A stretch of DNA of 63,263 nt, the filler included, from Chiloscyllium plagiosum (Eukaryota), in the NCBI RefSeq assembly GCF_004010195.1. It is 10 parts of 10 records of this genome, joined end to end, with 100 filler letters (N's around TTAATTAATTAA, not from the genome) between each part and the next. Parts side by side here need not be neighbours in the genome. Positions count along the whole stretch, not along the records: positions 35,780 to 43,411 come from NW_025202183.1; positions 43,512 to 47,023 come from NW_025191350.1; positions 47,124 to 50,624 come from NW_025191264.1; positions 50,725 to 57,671 come from NW_025207357.1; 6 more parts are not named here. One strand, written 5' to 3'. Shown piece after piece: positions 38,583-51,894 of this stretch (position 1 is the stretch's first letter; each line of letters starts with the position of its first letter). The notes beneath the pieces are model-generated. The model was not told the DNA's origin and searched no databases. It saw only the letters and a program-made list of their open reading frames with translations. The translations under genes were made by a program, and so were the position numbers.

Positions 38583-38913
38583 CTACACACATTCTGATCT
38601 CCTGATGCACTTGCTGAGGGGAGAGGGGAGGGTCACGTGGGTGAGGGCACAGGAGAAGCGAGCGTTGGACTCCCAGTCAGACCCAGAGAGGGTCAGCAGG
38701 CTGCTGACACTGTAGATGCTGTCCGAAGCTCGCAGGTAGTTGCTGGTCTGAACCCCGTCCGAAATGACTGCACCGTCCTTCTTCCACTGCACCTCCAGCT
38801 CATCGGGATAGAAGTGATTGGCAAGGCACACCAGGGTGGCAGTGGTCTTGGCATTGCCCTCATCCCGGGAGGGGGGGGCAGCAGGGTGAGCTTTGGCTGA
38901 TGGTTCTCACGGC
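38583..38913 (-). pseudogene. IGKC: Ig kappa constant exon, copy 3 (+2 frameshift in a C8 run; may be a sequencing error)
   Basis: CTTTCAG acceptor, RENHQPKLTLL then C8 instead of C6; downstream frame TATLVCLANHFYPDELEVQWKKDG...THVTLPSPLSKCIRRSECV*. Confidence 0.85.
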
Positions 38914-39585
38914 CTGAAAGACAAGAGAAGTAATTTTAATCCCTGCCAAACAAATGGATTTTGACTCTCAGCATATTCACTGGCAATACAATCTTATTGA
39001 ACATTTGTAGTCAATACAGAATAAACCAGACAAAAGAACAGACATTGTTCACATTGCTTCTTGGGATTTGAGTGTCACTGGCAGGGCCAGCCATTTATTG
39101 CCTATCCCTAATTGCCCTGAGAAGATGATGGTGAAAGAGAAGGGATAGTTTTGGACCATCGTTTATGGAATGAATGTGGGCAGCTGGAAGGGCTATCAAT
39201 GGGGGAGCATTTCAGTGACAGTGATCAGAACCCAGTGAGATTGAGAGGAGGGATGAAAATGGAGAACCATGGAGCAAGTGTAAAAGTTTTCATTGGCGAA
39301 TGAACTATTTTACTAAACTGTGTGGTGATTTAGCAAAAGTGGACTGGCACCAGCGACATGATGGGAAATCAGTGTCAGGGCAGTGGAAGCCCTCGAAGGA
39401 TGAGACAGAGATCGTTCAGAATCTGTTCCCACAAGGAGTAAGGGTGTGACTCCCAAATCTAGACTCTCAGCCTGGGATATCAAAAGGCAGCCAGAGTAGG
39501 GAAGACCAAATAGGGAAGGTGATGTTGGTTATCTGGAGTTCAAACCTGCAGAAAGCTGAGAGGAGAATAGAGGATGCAGGGATGA

Positions 39586-39904
39586 AAGATTAGATTAGAT
39601 TAGATTACTTACAGTGTGGAAACAGGCCCTTCGGCCCAACAAGTCCACACCGACCCGCTGAAGCGCAACCCACCCATTCCCTTACATTTACCCCTTTACC
39701 TAACACGACGGGCAATTTAACATGGCCAATTCACCTGACCTGCACATCTTTGGACTGTGGGAGGAAACCAGAGCACCCGGGGGAAACCCACGCAGACACA
39801 GGGAGAATGTGCAAACTCCACACAGTCAGTCACCTGAGTCAGGAATTGAACCCGGGTCTCTGGCGCTGTGAGACAGCAGTGCTAACCACTGTGCCACTGT
39901 GCCG
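39586..39904 (-). mobile_element. near full-length HE1-type SINE with (TTAGA)n tail
   Basis: tRNA-like head (GGCACAGTGGCACAGTGGTTAGCACTGCTG...GGGTTCAATTCC on minus) and LINE-like tail ending in ATTAG repeats. Confidence 0.88.
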
Positions 39905-40859
39905 TCCACTGACAGGATGAAGTATGTCCAAGTGAATCAGGGTAATCCCAATGAACAAGTGGATTGGGAGTCATGTACTGACATGGATTGGGAACTGGTT
40001 GGCAGACAGGACAGAAACGACAAGTCTTTTTCTGAATGGCAGGTAGTTACCAGTTGTCGTACCACAGGGATCAGTCCTTGGTACCTAGTTATTCATAATA
40101 TATNNNNNNNNNNNNNNNNNNNNNNNNNNNNNNNNNNNNNNNNNNNNNNNNNNNNNNNNNNNNNNNNNNNNNNNNNNNNNNNNNNNNNNNNNNNNNNNNN
40201 NNNNNNNNNNNNNNNNNNNNNNNNNNNNNNNNNNNNNNNNNNNNNNNNNNNNNNNNNNNNNNNNNNNNNNNNNNNNNNNNNNNNNNNNNNNNNNNNNNNN
40301 NNNNNNNNNNNNNNNNNNNNNNNTTTCTACCTATTGCTCAGATAATGAAGGAATGTCTCTCATCAGTTTGAAGCTGGAAGTCACATGTGTGTGGAAGTGG
40401 AAGATGTGGTCATGGTGATTAATGAATGCGGGTCAGTAAGGTGGTTAAGAAGACACATGGGGTACATTTTTTATTTTTTTTTCCCCTAATGGAATGAGGG
40501 CATTGCTAGATCGGCAGCATTTATTGCCTATCCCTAATCACCCAGACGGCAGCTTAAAGTCAACCACATTGCTGTGGGTCTGGAGTCACATGGTAAGGAT
40601 GGCAGTTTCCTTCCCTAAAGGACATTAAGGAATCAGATGGCTTTTTCCTGACAATCAACAATTGTTTCATGGTCATCATTAAACTCTTAATTGCAGATTT
40701 CTTTTATTGAATTCAAATTCCACCATCTGCTGTGGCAGGATTCTAACCCTGGTCCCCAGAACATTAATCTGGATCTGTGGATTAACAGCTCAGCAATAAC
40801 ACCATTAGACCATCACCTCCCTCATCTCATTTTTGTTTGAGAGTGAAATCAAGGAGTTT

Positions 40860-43411
40860 GTTTATTCTGGAACTGTTTGAAGCCCCAGTTAGAGCACAGT
40901 GAGAGAACAGTGTACGGCTCTGGTCACCACATTACAGGAAGGATGTGATCCCACTTGAGACGGGGACAGAGGAGGATTTTTCAGGAATGGGGAGTTTAAG
41001 GAATGATTGGTTTGGCTGGGACTGTTTTCTTTGGAACAGAGGAGGCTGAGGTGAGATTGATTGAGATGTGTAAAATGATGAAGGGCCTGGATAGAGTGGA
41101 TAGGAAGGACTGATTCCCATCAGTGGAGAGGGCAGTAACCATGGAGAGAGATTGAAATGATTTGGGGGCAGGATTAGAGGGGAGTTGTGGATGTTTGTTT
41201 TCACCCAGAGGCTGTTGGGATCTGAGACTCTCTGTCTGAAAGGATGAAAAAGGCAGAAATCCTCATCACATTGAAAAATCACTTGGATATTCACTTGAAA
41301 CATCGAAACCTCCAGAGCTATGGAACAAGAGCTAGAAAGTGGGATGGAGCTCGATACATCATTAACGAAAGTCTGATCACCCACAGATCAGAAGAACTTT
41401 ATCCGATAACATTGGAGCAGACATGGATCCACACACTTCAGGAAAGAGTCACATTGGGTGTCTATGTGGAAGGTTCCAGATTACATTTCAAACCTTGCTG
41501 CACACCAGTGGGCTGAGGTCAAGGGTGAGGCTACAAAGAGTCTCAGTGTCCCAGGGTCAACCCTCCGAAAAAACTCTATGACCCCTGGAAGGTGAGAGTG
41601 TGCAGATAATGGGTGAGGGTCAGGATCAGGGGACTCCAAACATAAAGAAAGACTTGCATTTGTGTAGCACCTGTCACCAACTCAGGATGCCCCAATGGCT
41701 CTTTCCAGCAGGCTATGCACAGCAAGATCCCAAACGCATTATGATAATTTGCCGGAAAATAGATTTTTTATTGATTTTGACTGGGGGATAAATATTGACT
41801 AGGGACACCAGGGGGGAACTGCCTGCTTTTCATCCAATAGTGCCATGGAATTGCATCTTTTGCAACTGAAAGACTCGCAGTTCATCCAAAAAAAAGGAAT
41901 AGCTCCNNNNNNNNNNNNNNNNNNNNNNNNNNNNNNNNNNNNNNNNNNNNNNNNNNNNNNNNNNNNNNGGGCATTGATCAAGTGAATAGAGAATATATTT
42001 TGGTCAGAGTGAAGGAGTCCAGAACTAGACAGCACAGGTGAAAAGTATCAGGAGAACAATTTAAACGGGAACTAAGGCATAACTTTTTCCTGCAGAGGGT
42101 GGTACATTTTTGGAATGAGCTGCCAGAGGAAGTGGTGGAGGCTGGTATGATAACATTTAAAAGGCATTTGGATGGGTTTATGAATAGGAAGGGTTTTGAA
42201 GGATATGGGCCAAATGCTGACAAATGGGACTAGATTAATTTAGGTAATCTGGTCGGCATGAACAAGTTACACAGAAGGATCTATTTCTGTGCTGTACATC
42301 TCTCTGACACTATGACTCTATGTCTCTGTGGTTGGCATGGATGAGTCAGATCGAAGAGTCTGTTTCCATGCTGTACATCGCTGTGACTCTAATTGTGTTT
42401 CAATCAAGCCCTCACTACCTCAGACTCTCCCAAAGACAGTTACACTTTGCTTGAAAACCAGTCACTGTTGCAATTTCAGGAAAGGGGCAGACAATTTCTA
42501 CACAACAAGATCCCACTGGAAGCAATGAGATCAAAGAGCATTATTCATGATTTTGGTTCAAGAATAAATATTGTCCTGAACTCAACCCAAAGAGAAAGTA
42601 ATTTGGTTCAGTTGGATGGAAAATGAGAAAATGGAAGGTAAAGGAGAAGGTAGAATTGTTGGTTTGTGATGGGATTGATTGTTACCAGAAAATAAAGGGA
42701 AGGGACGGAAATTTTGAATATCAAAAGAAACATAAAAATGCAGGGAAATCAAGAGTAGAACAAACTTAAAGAGTTTGTATCTAAATGCAAGAATCATTCT
42801 GAGTAAGGGAGACAAAATGATGCCACTAATCAAGGTCAATTGAGTTTCCAAGGAATAAAAACTAATTAAAGTGGAGGAGGCCTCAGGAGAGGTTATTCAA
42901 GTTTCCAGAAGACATAATGGGACAGAGAGTGTGGAAAGGATCAGGTATCGAACGTAAAGCACAGCAGATAAGGGGACAATGATGGGAAGGAGGGCAGTCA
43001 ATGCAGGACTGAGGGAGTTGTACTTAAATACACACAGTGTACACAATGAGCTTGTAGTGCAGATTGAAACTTGTAGGTACGATGTTGTGGGTATCACAGA
43101 GACATGGCTGTAAGGGGATCCGGGCTGGGAAGTAAATATCAAAGGATCCATGTCCTATCAAAAGGACTGACAGATGGATAGAGGGAGAAGAGTTGCATTG
43201 TTAGTAAGAAATGAAATTAAATCAGTAGCAAGTAGGGATATAGAGTCAGAAAGGGTAGAATTTGTGTGGGTAGAGTTGACGAAGCACAAAAAATAAAGAA
43301 TTTGATGCAAGTTATGCAGTAATCAGGGTGTGGGGAAGGAAATCAGTCAGGACGTTATGGCAGACTCCAATGGATAGATGGACTGGGTAGCACGTCACAA
43401 GAAAAGGATTT
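40860..43411 (+). mobile_element. cluster of CR1-type LINE fragments
   Basis: 3' RT/UTR pieces at ~40.9-41.35 kb and 41.97-42.39 kb; endonuclease-start pieces (LYLNAR / DVVGITETW) at ~42.76 kb and ~43.0-43.4 kb. Confidence 0.7.
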
Positions 43412-45729
43412 NNNNNNNNNNNNNNNNNNNNNNNNNNNNNNNNNNNNNNNNNNNNTTAATTAATTAANNNNNNNNNNNNNNNNNNNNNNNNNNNNNNNNN
43501 NNNNNNNNNNNACGTCCTTCACAACAGATATGCGAGTAAATTTTCGAAATCATTGATCAAAGGGGACAATCATTTTTGGATTCGAGGAAGATCCATAGTG
43601 ATATTTTGTAAATGTTTGGAGCTGGGATTGTTTTGATTTTTGACTAAGACATTGGCGTGTTTTCCCTATGGTGGAGGATTTCAACAGTAGGGAAAATGTT
43701 TTTACAATGAGAGGAGAAAAATTTTAAAAAAGATATCAGAGAATGGTTTTTGTGTGAGATGATTTGGTGGTGGATACTTACAACCTTTAGAAGACATTTG
43801 GATAAGTAAATAAATATCAAATGTTTGGAAGGATATCAGCCAAGTACACACAGGTGGGATTAGTTTAGTTTGGGATGAGGACTGGCATGGACTGGTTGGA
43901 CCGAAGGGTCTGAAACCATGCTGTATCACTCCATGACTCTATGACTATTTATCAATTTTTCTCAATATTAAACAGTGCTGCAGTGATCCTCGAATGAGCT
44001 GTTGATGTTAGGTTGTGTCTGAGAAACTGCAAATATTCCCTTCCGTGAGAGGAGAGACTAGTTCTCCAAGTTACACAACTGAAAAATAAACCTTTCTCCA
44101 GCATTGTTGCTGAGTAGATTTGTTTGTGCGGAGGCAGTGGTTATGGTTTGCAGTTGGTTTTCCACCAAGTGGTCAACAGTGAGGCAAAATATCTTCGATC
44201 CACTGCAGAAACTCCATCTGCCTCCAGTAAATGAAACTGGGAACTCAAGGACCTTTTCTGCAGTCAGCTTAATTGCTGCTAACTATTGTATCCGGCCGAT
44301 GAAAGGGAAAATGAATCAACTAAAGTAAAATCCTACCAAACAAACAATATTTTCCCATTTATTCACAATGGACACATTTCATTTGGCATTTCTTCTTTAA
44401 AAAGGAAAGTCACTGAATACAGCATTCACTGTATGACTATCAGAAAACAGGACACTGACGTTCTGGTTAGTTCAGCCTGTTTATTGAGTATCTTTAAAGC
44501 TCCTGAATATGAAGTTAATGGATCCAAAATCCCACATTGCAGTAACATTTGTTATCACCTCAAAGTAAATTAATAAACTTAAATTAGTTCAAACTCACAT
44601 CACTTGTTGCAACATTCTCTGATTCATGCATCTCATTGAAACTGAGTGGGTTAATACTGTAGTGTAATGGCGAATTTTTGCTGATTTTTATGAGTTAACT
44701 GCCCTGTCAGAGCTATCAGTGAGCAGAGAAATGTACTGTTTATGACCTACATTCGTGGTAATGATTATTGTAATACTCTCTAATTTAACCAGACACTCCT
44801 GATGTACCCAGACAGTTACCTGCAATGGTTTAGATGTTGAGGATTTTTCAAAAAAAAACTTATGGACTGTCCTGTTGTAGTTCATTAGATGCTCTTTCAA
44901 AAGTTTACCTAGGTGTTATGTTTCACTGCCAACTCACTTTTTGTTTCTCAGGCACACAGCTTTCCTTTACTGNNNNNNNNNNNNNNNNNNNNNNNNNNNN
45001 NNNNNNNNNNNNNNNNNNNNNNNNNNNNNNNNNNNNNNNNNNNNNNNNNNNNNNNNNNNNNNNNNNNNNNNNNNNNNNNNNNNNNNNNNNNNNNNNNNNN
45101 NNNNNNNNNNNNNNNNNNNNNNNNNNNNNNNNNNNNNNNNNNNNNNNNNNNNNNNNNNNNNNNNNNNNNNNNNNNNNNNNNNNNNNNNNNNNNNNNNNNN
45201 NNNNNNNNNNNNNNNNNNNNNNNNNNNNNNNNNNNNNNNNNNNNNNNNNNNNNNNNNNNNNNNNNNNNNNNNNNNNNNNNNNNNNNNNNNNNNNNNNNNN
45301 NNNNNNNNNNNNNNNNNNNNNNNNNNNNNNNNNNNNNNNNNNNNNNNNNNNNNNNNNNNNNNNNNNNNNNNNNNNNNNNNNNNNNNNNNNNNNNNNNNNN
45401 NNNNNNNNNNNNNNNNNNNNNNNNNNNNNNNNNNNNNNNNNNNNNNNNNNNNNNNNNNNNNNNNNNNNNNNNNNNNNNNNNNNNNNNNNNNNNNNNNNNN
45501 NNNNNNNNNNNNNNNNNNNNNNNNNNNNNNNNNNNNNNNNNNNNNNNNNNNNNNNNNNNNNNNNNNNNNNNNNNNNNNNNNNNNNNNNNNNNNNNNNNNN
45601 NNNNNNNNNNNNNNNNNNNNNNNNNNNNNNNNNNNNNNNNNNNNNNNNNNNNNNNNNNNNNNNNTAAAAGACTCAGCCATCATTTCATCAGCATTAATGC
45701 TCATGGTTTATTTGTTTTCTTTTTTAAAG

Positions 45730-46073
45730 GTGTCCAGTCGGAGGTTGTTTTGACCCAGCCAGAGGCAGAGACTGGCCGTCCTGCAGGCAGCCTGAAACTG
45801 ACCTGTAAAACCAGCGGGTTCGATCTTAGCAGCAGCTACATGTACTGGGTCCGACAGGTTCCCGGACAGGGTCTGGAGTGGCTGGTTCGCTACTATAGTT
45901 CATCCAGCAGTAACTATGCACCAGCGGTTAAGGGTCGATTTACTGCGTCCAAAGACACTTCAAACAACATTTTCGCGTTGGACATGGGGAACCTGAAGAT
46001 CGAAGACACCGCCATCTATTACAGTGCAAGAGACCACAGCGAGAGGAACCAGGGCTGGACCCGTTCAAAAACA
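45730..46073 (+). pseudogene. IGHV: IgM-type VH exon + 23-RSS; second canonical Cys lost (YYS); leader in gap
   Basis: [51 protein letters not shown]...[14 protein letters not shown]; CACAGCG(46035)-23-TCAAAAACA(46065). Confidence 0.92.
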
Positions 46074-46433
46074 GCTCGAGGGAACATTTTGTCAATTCCA
46101 TCATAAACTGACGGTCAGTACGAGTTTTAAATGCAATTATACCAACTGCAATCTGAAGCAGACCTCAGGTTGCCTCTTACAAAACTATCAAAAAGGAAGT
46201 GTACCATTTAAACTAGCAAACTGGTGACACAATGAGACAATATTATGGGCTTATCATATGTACTGCTATCACTTCCATCAATTAAATGCTTGGTCAAAAT
46301 ATTAGTTTTAATATATCTGACAGCTCAGGAAATCACTGCTAATTGTTATGTTAACTATGGCATTAATTCTAATCATGATCAGTACTAAATGGCTCTTTCA
46401 AATGAAAATTGAGACCTAGAGTAAAGAACAGAG

Positions 46434-46513
46434 AATGAGTGTACTGGTCTACATCATTGTGATACTACAGTGGGTCACAGTATTGTGCATAGCGACATCC
46501 TCATACAAAAACC
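46434..46513 (+). other. IGHD: IgH D1 segment ATACTACAGTGGGT (46462-46475) with 12- and 22-bp-spacer RSSs
   Basis: CATTGTG(46455) 5' heptamer with weak nonamer; CACAGTA-22-ACAAAAACC on the 3' side. Confidence 0.88.
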
Positions 46514-46818
46514 GCTGACAAGGGTTTATCTCAAGTTGGTGATTTCTATCATGGCAGGAGCGAGCAATAATGTGAGATGCAATTTAAATGCAATCCAGTA
46601 GTTCTAGTTTGTAAAAATGTGTAATTTTTTTTTCTCCCTTCTTTATGTTGATTGCCAAGTTAAATGCAGACCAGACCTGTAAAAATATTCCAAGCTTTCA
46701 AAATACAGTGAATAGTAAAAGCTGAAATAATGCACTGAATCATTTTTAGAGGAGTCTGAATCACTGCTTTCCAGGGAGTGATGAAATTATCTGCATCTTA
46801 CAGTTTACAGTCTGTCAT

Positions 46819-46889
46819 AGTATTTGACACAACGTGTCTCACAGTGATATAGCTGGGGTGACACTGCAATTATGACCAATACAAAAACC
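46819..46889 (+). other. IGHD: IgH D2 segment ATATAGCTGGGGTGA (46847-46861) with 12/12 RSSs
   Basis: AGTATTTGA-12-CACAGTG on the 5' side; CACTGCA-12-ACAAAAACC on the 3' side. Confidence 0.85.
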
Positions 46890-47123
46890 TATTCAGCCTC
46901 CATTGATTGACACTAGTCAGCGATTACTTCTACAAAACGTCTTAACTTGCAGTGCAGTATTAGTTCTGTGGGGTTTTATGCTAGCATCAATATTTAATTT
47001 GTGAGAGTGTTTGGGTAATTATTNNNNNNNNNNNNNNNNNNNNNNNNNNNNNNNNNNNNNNNNNNNNTTAATTAATTAANNNNNNNNNNNNNNNNNNNNN
47101 NNNNNNNNNNNNNNNNNNNNNNN

Positions 47124-48900
47124 ATTATCCCCTGCTCCCATCACTCAGCCAGTTCTCGATCCAATCTGTCAAGTTAACTCGGATCCCATTGGTTCTGATT
47201 ATTGCTATCATCTGGACATCGAGTTATCTCTATGAAAACTACTCTCAAATTGTTACACATGAATTCCTCTCAATAAAACCGTGCTAAACATTGTTGATTT
47301 ATCTTCCAAATGAAGACTAATTTCACTTCTCAATAGTTTCCTTACCACTGAGACTAGCTTGACAGATCTGTGTTTTCATTTTTTATCCCTTCCTTCGTCC
47401 TGCATAACAGTGCAACGTTGGCTGATCTACACTCACTTGGCACAACTGCTGTGGCCAGACAGGAATTCTAAGTTATTGTCAGCGACCCAACTATTTCATC
47501 CTTTGCATCGCTCAACCACTTGGTATACTTTTCATCTGCCCTGGAAATATAACCACTTTTCATTCAGCAAGACAACACACAACATCACATCCTGTGTCCT
47601 AATTTCTGAAAGTACATCACAACACCCCTCCATGATTTCTGTCCCCACATTGTCCCTCTTCCTAGTGAACACTGACACAACACATTCATTTTGACCACTA
47701 CCTAATCCTCCGGCTCCACTCCAATAATAACACTTAATGGGCATTACTGTTTCCTGAATAATTCTTTTATTATGAATGAGTCTGTAACTTTTAAAAATAT
47801 TTTCCTTTATTTTGACTGCTATTATTTTCTCATGGTCCATTTTGCTCTTCTAATTCCTTTGTCTTTCAAACTCCCCCTTGCACGTTCTGTACTCCATATT
47901 AAAACTATTGTTTTGAGATTTCAGTATAGACCGGAAGCCTCCCTTGTTTCGCTTGATCTCCCCCTCCATGCCCTTTGGTGTCCAGAGCCCGCTGCATTCT
48001 TGGTACCACGCAGTGGCTTCCTGGGAAATGTCCTCCCTGTGATTTTCCTATCTCTTTCTTAAATGTATCACACTGCTCTGACAATAAGTGTCAGCTTCCA
48101 GTCCACTCTGGTCAAGTCATTACCTGATCTTACTAAAATTGTCCTTCCCCTTTTCAGAACTTTGGGCCAATATCTATTCCTTTGCAGTACAATCTGAAAT
48201 CCAACTGATTTACCATCACTGTCTGCAAAGTGCTCCACCATTGATGTTTTACCCACTGGGTCAACTTCATTCCCTAAAGTTAAGTTCAGGTTCACCCCTT
48301 TCTTGCAAGGTCTGGATTAAAATTCTCTGTATTAAACTTTGTTCAAATATTCTCCTGGGGCATTTTCAGAATTGTGCTCCCTCTAAATCTTTGACGAAAT
48401 GAATATCCAAGCCTATGCTGAGGAAGTTAAAAACCTCTTTCTCATTCCCCTATTTAATTTACATGTCTCTGAAATTTGCCCATGTATTTGCATTTGGTCT
48501 TTTGGACCAATAGTAAGGTTTATCGTGCTCTCCCAGTAGTTATGTTTGCTGTATTTTGTTTTTGAAGTACTGTCCATTTGCCTTTGTTCAAGGAGGTATA
48601 CATGATTTCATTTCTCTTTACAGCCTAAAATACTCTTGTCAGAATTGTGACAGAAGCAACATTCTGTACCGCACACCCCCGCCCCCATCATTTTCCATCT
48701 TTCCCTGTCTCGCCTGAAGGCACTAAATCCTGGAATATTGAATAGCCACTCCTGCCCGGCTCTCAATATGTCTCCATGATAGCAACGGCATCATTTCCTC
48801 ATTTATGCCAGTAATTCGTCTGCCTTGTTCATCAGACTCTGTCATTAAAACGAATACCATCCAACGTTGCTGTCTCCCTTCTGATGTTACCGGCCTATAG
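47124..48900 (-). mobile_element. old CR1-type LINE ORF2 remnants
   Basis: Degenerate CR1 motifs on minus (ECVVSVFTRKRDN, GNDLTRVDW). Confidence 0.55.
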
Positions 48901-49109
48901 TTTCTATGCCTCCTTGATTCCTTGCTGTGTCCTCTAAGTTTCGCCTTTCACATTGTCCTGCTGATCTTTCTGTGTGGATCCCAGCTTCTCCAGAACTCTG
49001 CACAATTATGATTCTTGTATCCATTAACCACAAGAAACCTTGATATATGAGAACTGATTGTATTTGTTATGAAATTCATCATAGAATGTATGTGATGTAT
49101 TTCCTAAAG

Positions 49110-49420
49110 GTCCAGATATTCTCCAACCAACTCTTCACCTAACTGTGAGCTCCAGTGAAGAAATCTCAAGCAGTAAGTTTGCAACCGTCGTCTGTTCAAT
49201 CATCGAGTTCCGTCCGAAGTCAATCTCCGTGAGTTGGTTGAAAATGGCCGACCCTTGGATTCTGGCTTCTTCACGTCTCCCGTGTGTGAGGCAAACGGGA
49301 ACTTCTCGGTGACGAGTCGGCTGATGGTCCCTTATGGTCAATGGTTCAACAGCGCAGTCTATACCTGCCAGGTCACTCATGGAGAGAACACTCAGGGTAA
49401 AAATATCACCGCACTCCAGG
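49110..49420 (+). pseudogene. IGHM: IgM constant exon Cmu2 with -1 frameshift
   Basis: AG acceptor at 49108-09; [43 protein letters not shown], then A4 instead of A5 at 49241, then [27 protein letters not shown]...YTCQVTH...ALQ G|GTAAG. Confidence 0.87.
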
Positions 49421-51019
49421 GTAAGAGACACAGACTGAGAGAGCTACAAATCATTCATAACTCTGATGTGAATCAAACACACTAATTTATCAGGCGTAGT
49501 ATACAGCACGGTACAGCTTCTCATTTCCAAACATGCCACGTATCTCATTTCAGTTTGAGTGTTACATTAGCATTGCTCATAATTCAACCTTTTGGCAAGT
49601 CAGAAAAGCATGTTTCCTCTCTGTTGAAGATAGATATATAGACAGTGAGCTTTCTTAAATAGTTTGTTGCCTGACCATGCTGGGAGAGGCATTCAGAGTG
49701 CTTAATCTTTGCCTGGTAGCTGCTTCAAGGATAAGTTTGGGGTGGAGGGGGGATATTGGAGAGACATCTGATTGAAACATAGAAAATACTGAGAGACTAA
49801 GGTCGAGTGAATGTGGAATAGATGCTTTGACTGGTAGGCGAGACTAGGACCCAAGGGCACAGTCTCAGGGTCAAAGGGGCACCGTTTAGAAGTGAGATGG
49901 GGAGGGATTTCTTCAGCCAGAGGGTGATGAGTCTGTGGAACATGTTGCTGCAGAGGGCTGTTGAGGACAGGCCATTGTGTGTACTCAAGCCAGAGATAGA
50001 TCGGCACTTGTTTAGTACGGGGAGAAGGCAGGAGAATGGCTTTAGCCCGAAATGTCGATTTTCCTGCTCGTCGGATGCTGCCTGACCTGCTGTGCTTTTC
50101 CAGCATCATTCTGATCTAAACTCTAGATTGGCCGAACAGCCTTATTCTGATCCTCTATCAAATTGACGTAGTTAAAATATGCAGTGACCCTTACTTGAAA
50201 ATAAATCAAAATGCGTTCAATGCTTCATTCCCTGCTCAGGAATGACCTGTAGGTTGGACATTGTACGACATCGATTTTTATCTGGTACTGAGCTCTTTAA
50301 CTTCATTTATGGGATCAGACCACAGACCAAGTGACTATCACATTTGATGAACTGGGATAAACGTGATCTGATTGAGCTTCTTTAAGATGCTCTTTGTAAT
50401 TAGTGGCTGAGGCAGGAGAATAAATTCTGGTAGGAATGCTACAATAGGGATGAATGAACTAGGAACTCGAGACAGGCTGATTTAGCCTGGTTTGGGGTGG
50501 CGATGTTTACACAGTGAGTAGTGGATGTCTATAAAATGAGTGACATTTCCATCGCGTTTGTAGATTAATTTAAGACGCTTTTGTTTGTTTCTTTTTCTCC
50601 CCTGCTCTATGAAGAAATTAAAAANNNNNNNNNNNNNNNNNNNNNNNNNNNNNNNNNNNNNNNNNNNNTTAATTAATTAANNNNNNNNNNNNNNNNNNNN
50701 NNNNNNNNNNNNNNNNNNNNNNNNTCCTCTGTCATAGAATATTGCTGTTGATGATTATTCAATTTTCTGGACAAGTATCCAATGGATATTTCTACCTTTG
50801 GTTCGCATGCTGTGTAGACAATGTTTGTTTTTGCTTCATATGCTACTGTACAGAACCGACCTGTTCTGGTAACTATGACTGAAATAAAAATATTATGATG
50901 AATAAATTGTGTTTGTGGAATTTGAAAACTGAAATAGAGAGACCCTTTGAGTTCGTCCAGACTGATATTCTGGAGAAGAAGTAGTCATGATATGCCTACT
51001 TGTCATAACTGACATACCA

Positions 51020-51146
51020 TTCCTGATAAAGGGCTTATGCCCGAAACGTCGATTCTCCTTCTCCTTGGATGCTGCCTGACCTGCTGCGCTTTTCCAACAC
51101 CACACTCTCGACTCTGATCTCCAGCAACTGCAGTCCTCACTTTCTC
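51020..51146 (+). mobile_element. hammerhead-type short repeat (core CTGATAA, mutated)
   Basis: CCTGATAAAGGGCTTATGCCCGAAACGTCG...; further partial copies at ~50040-50110 and (minus) ~55545-55665. Confidence 0.75.
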
Positions 51147-51561
51147 CATTGTTTGTCTACTTGTCAATGCACTTGTGTCGAATCCGGAATCCAGACATAT
51201 TTGCTTGCATTTTCATGAACAGCGACTGAGGAGGAATTTCAAAGAAACAAGTACATTAATTCTGATTGGATAGAACGAGGAAGTTGGCGTATAGAAGCCT
51301 TCTTCACTTCTTTCTGATCGTCAAGATGATTCCTCAGAAAACCGGCGTCTCATTACAAGATCCCAAACTCTTGTTCTCGACTCATCGTAAGAGAAAATTG
51401 CAAACACAAGAAGTACCTGTTACTGGCCATTATGATCATGTTTGCTGTTGCTTCGCTTTACTTTCTATGTTGCTTTCTGTCTTTATTTCATACTCCCAAC
51501 TCCCTTTCGATGTTTGGACGTTGACCAGGCTGTTCCAATTTACTGGTTTTCTTTCTTCCAG

Positions 51562-51894
51562 GCGCCGACTCGCAGACTATCCGACAGACTCCGCAGCTGA
51601 CTCCAGCAATCCTCCTCAGCGAATAAAACTGAAGTGCACCGTGCTGTTCACCGGCGATCCTTATATTTATTGGTATAGGCAACAAGCGGAGAAAGATCCG
51701 CAGCTGACGTTTCACTCCCTTACTGCACAGTGTGTGATTCGAAACCAGCCGGTGGACGATTTTACCGCCGGCAGACCGAGTGACTCTGAGTTCTACGTGC
51801 AGACATCCAGCTTGGACTGAATCACTAAACTGTGTACAACGGCGCCGAGCGAGTTCACAATGTCTCAGAGTGAGGGGGCACTTCAACAAAAAAA
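51562..51894 (+). pseudogene. TRBV: TCR-beta V pseudogene with 23-RSS
   Basis: Acceptor at 51560-61; ADSQTIRQTP / IKLKCTV..YIYWYRQ..PQLTFHS..DDFTAGRPSDSEF homologous to the 54.9-kb V; frameshifts, stops, YYC lost; CACAATG(51856)-23-ACAAAAAAA. Confidence 0.85.

Noticed and set aside
44090-44330. Degenerate Ig-domain exon (VMVCSW...RTFSAVSL; NSICLQ)
   Set aside because: Motif-like fragments fall in different frames without consistent Cys/Trp spacing; cannot be supported without an HMM search.
44834-45753. Long ORFs of 245-397 aa
   Set aside because: Artefacts of translating through an N gap; only the VH exon after 45729 is real.
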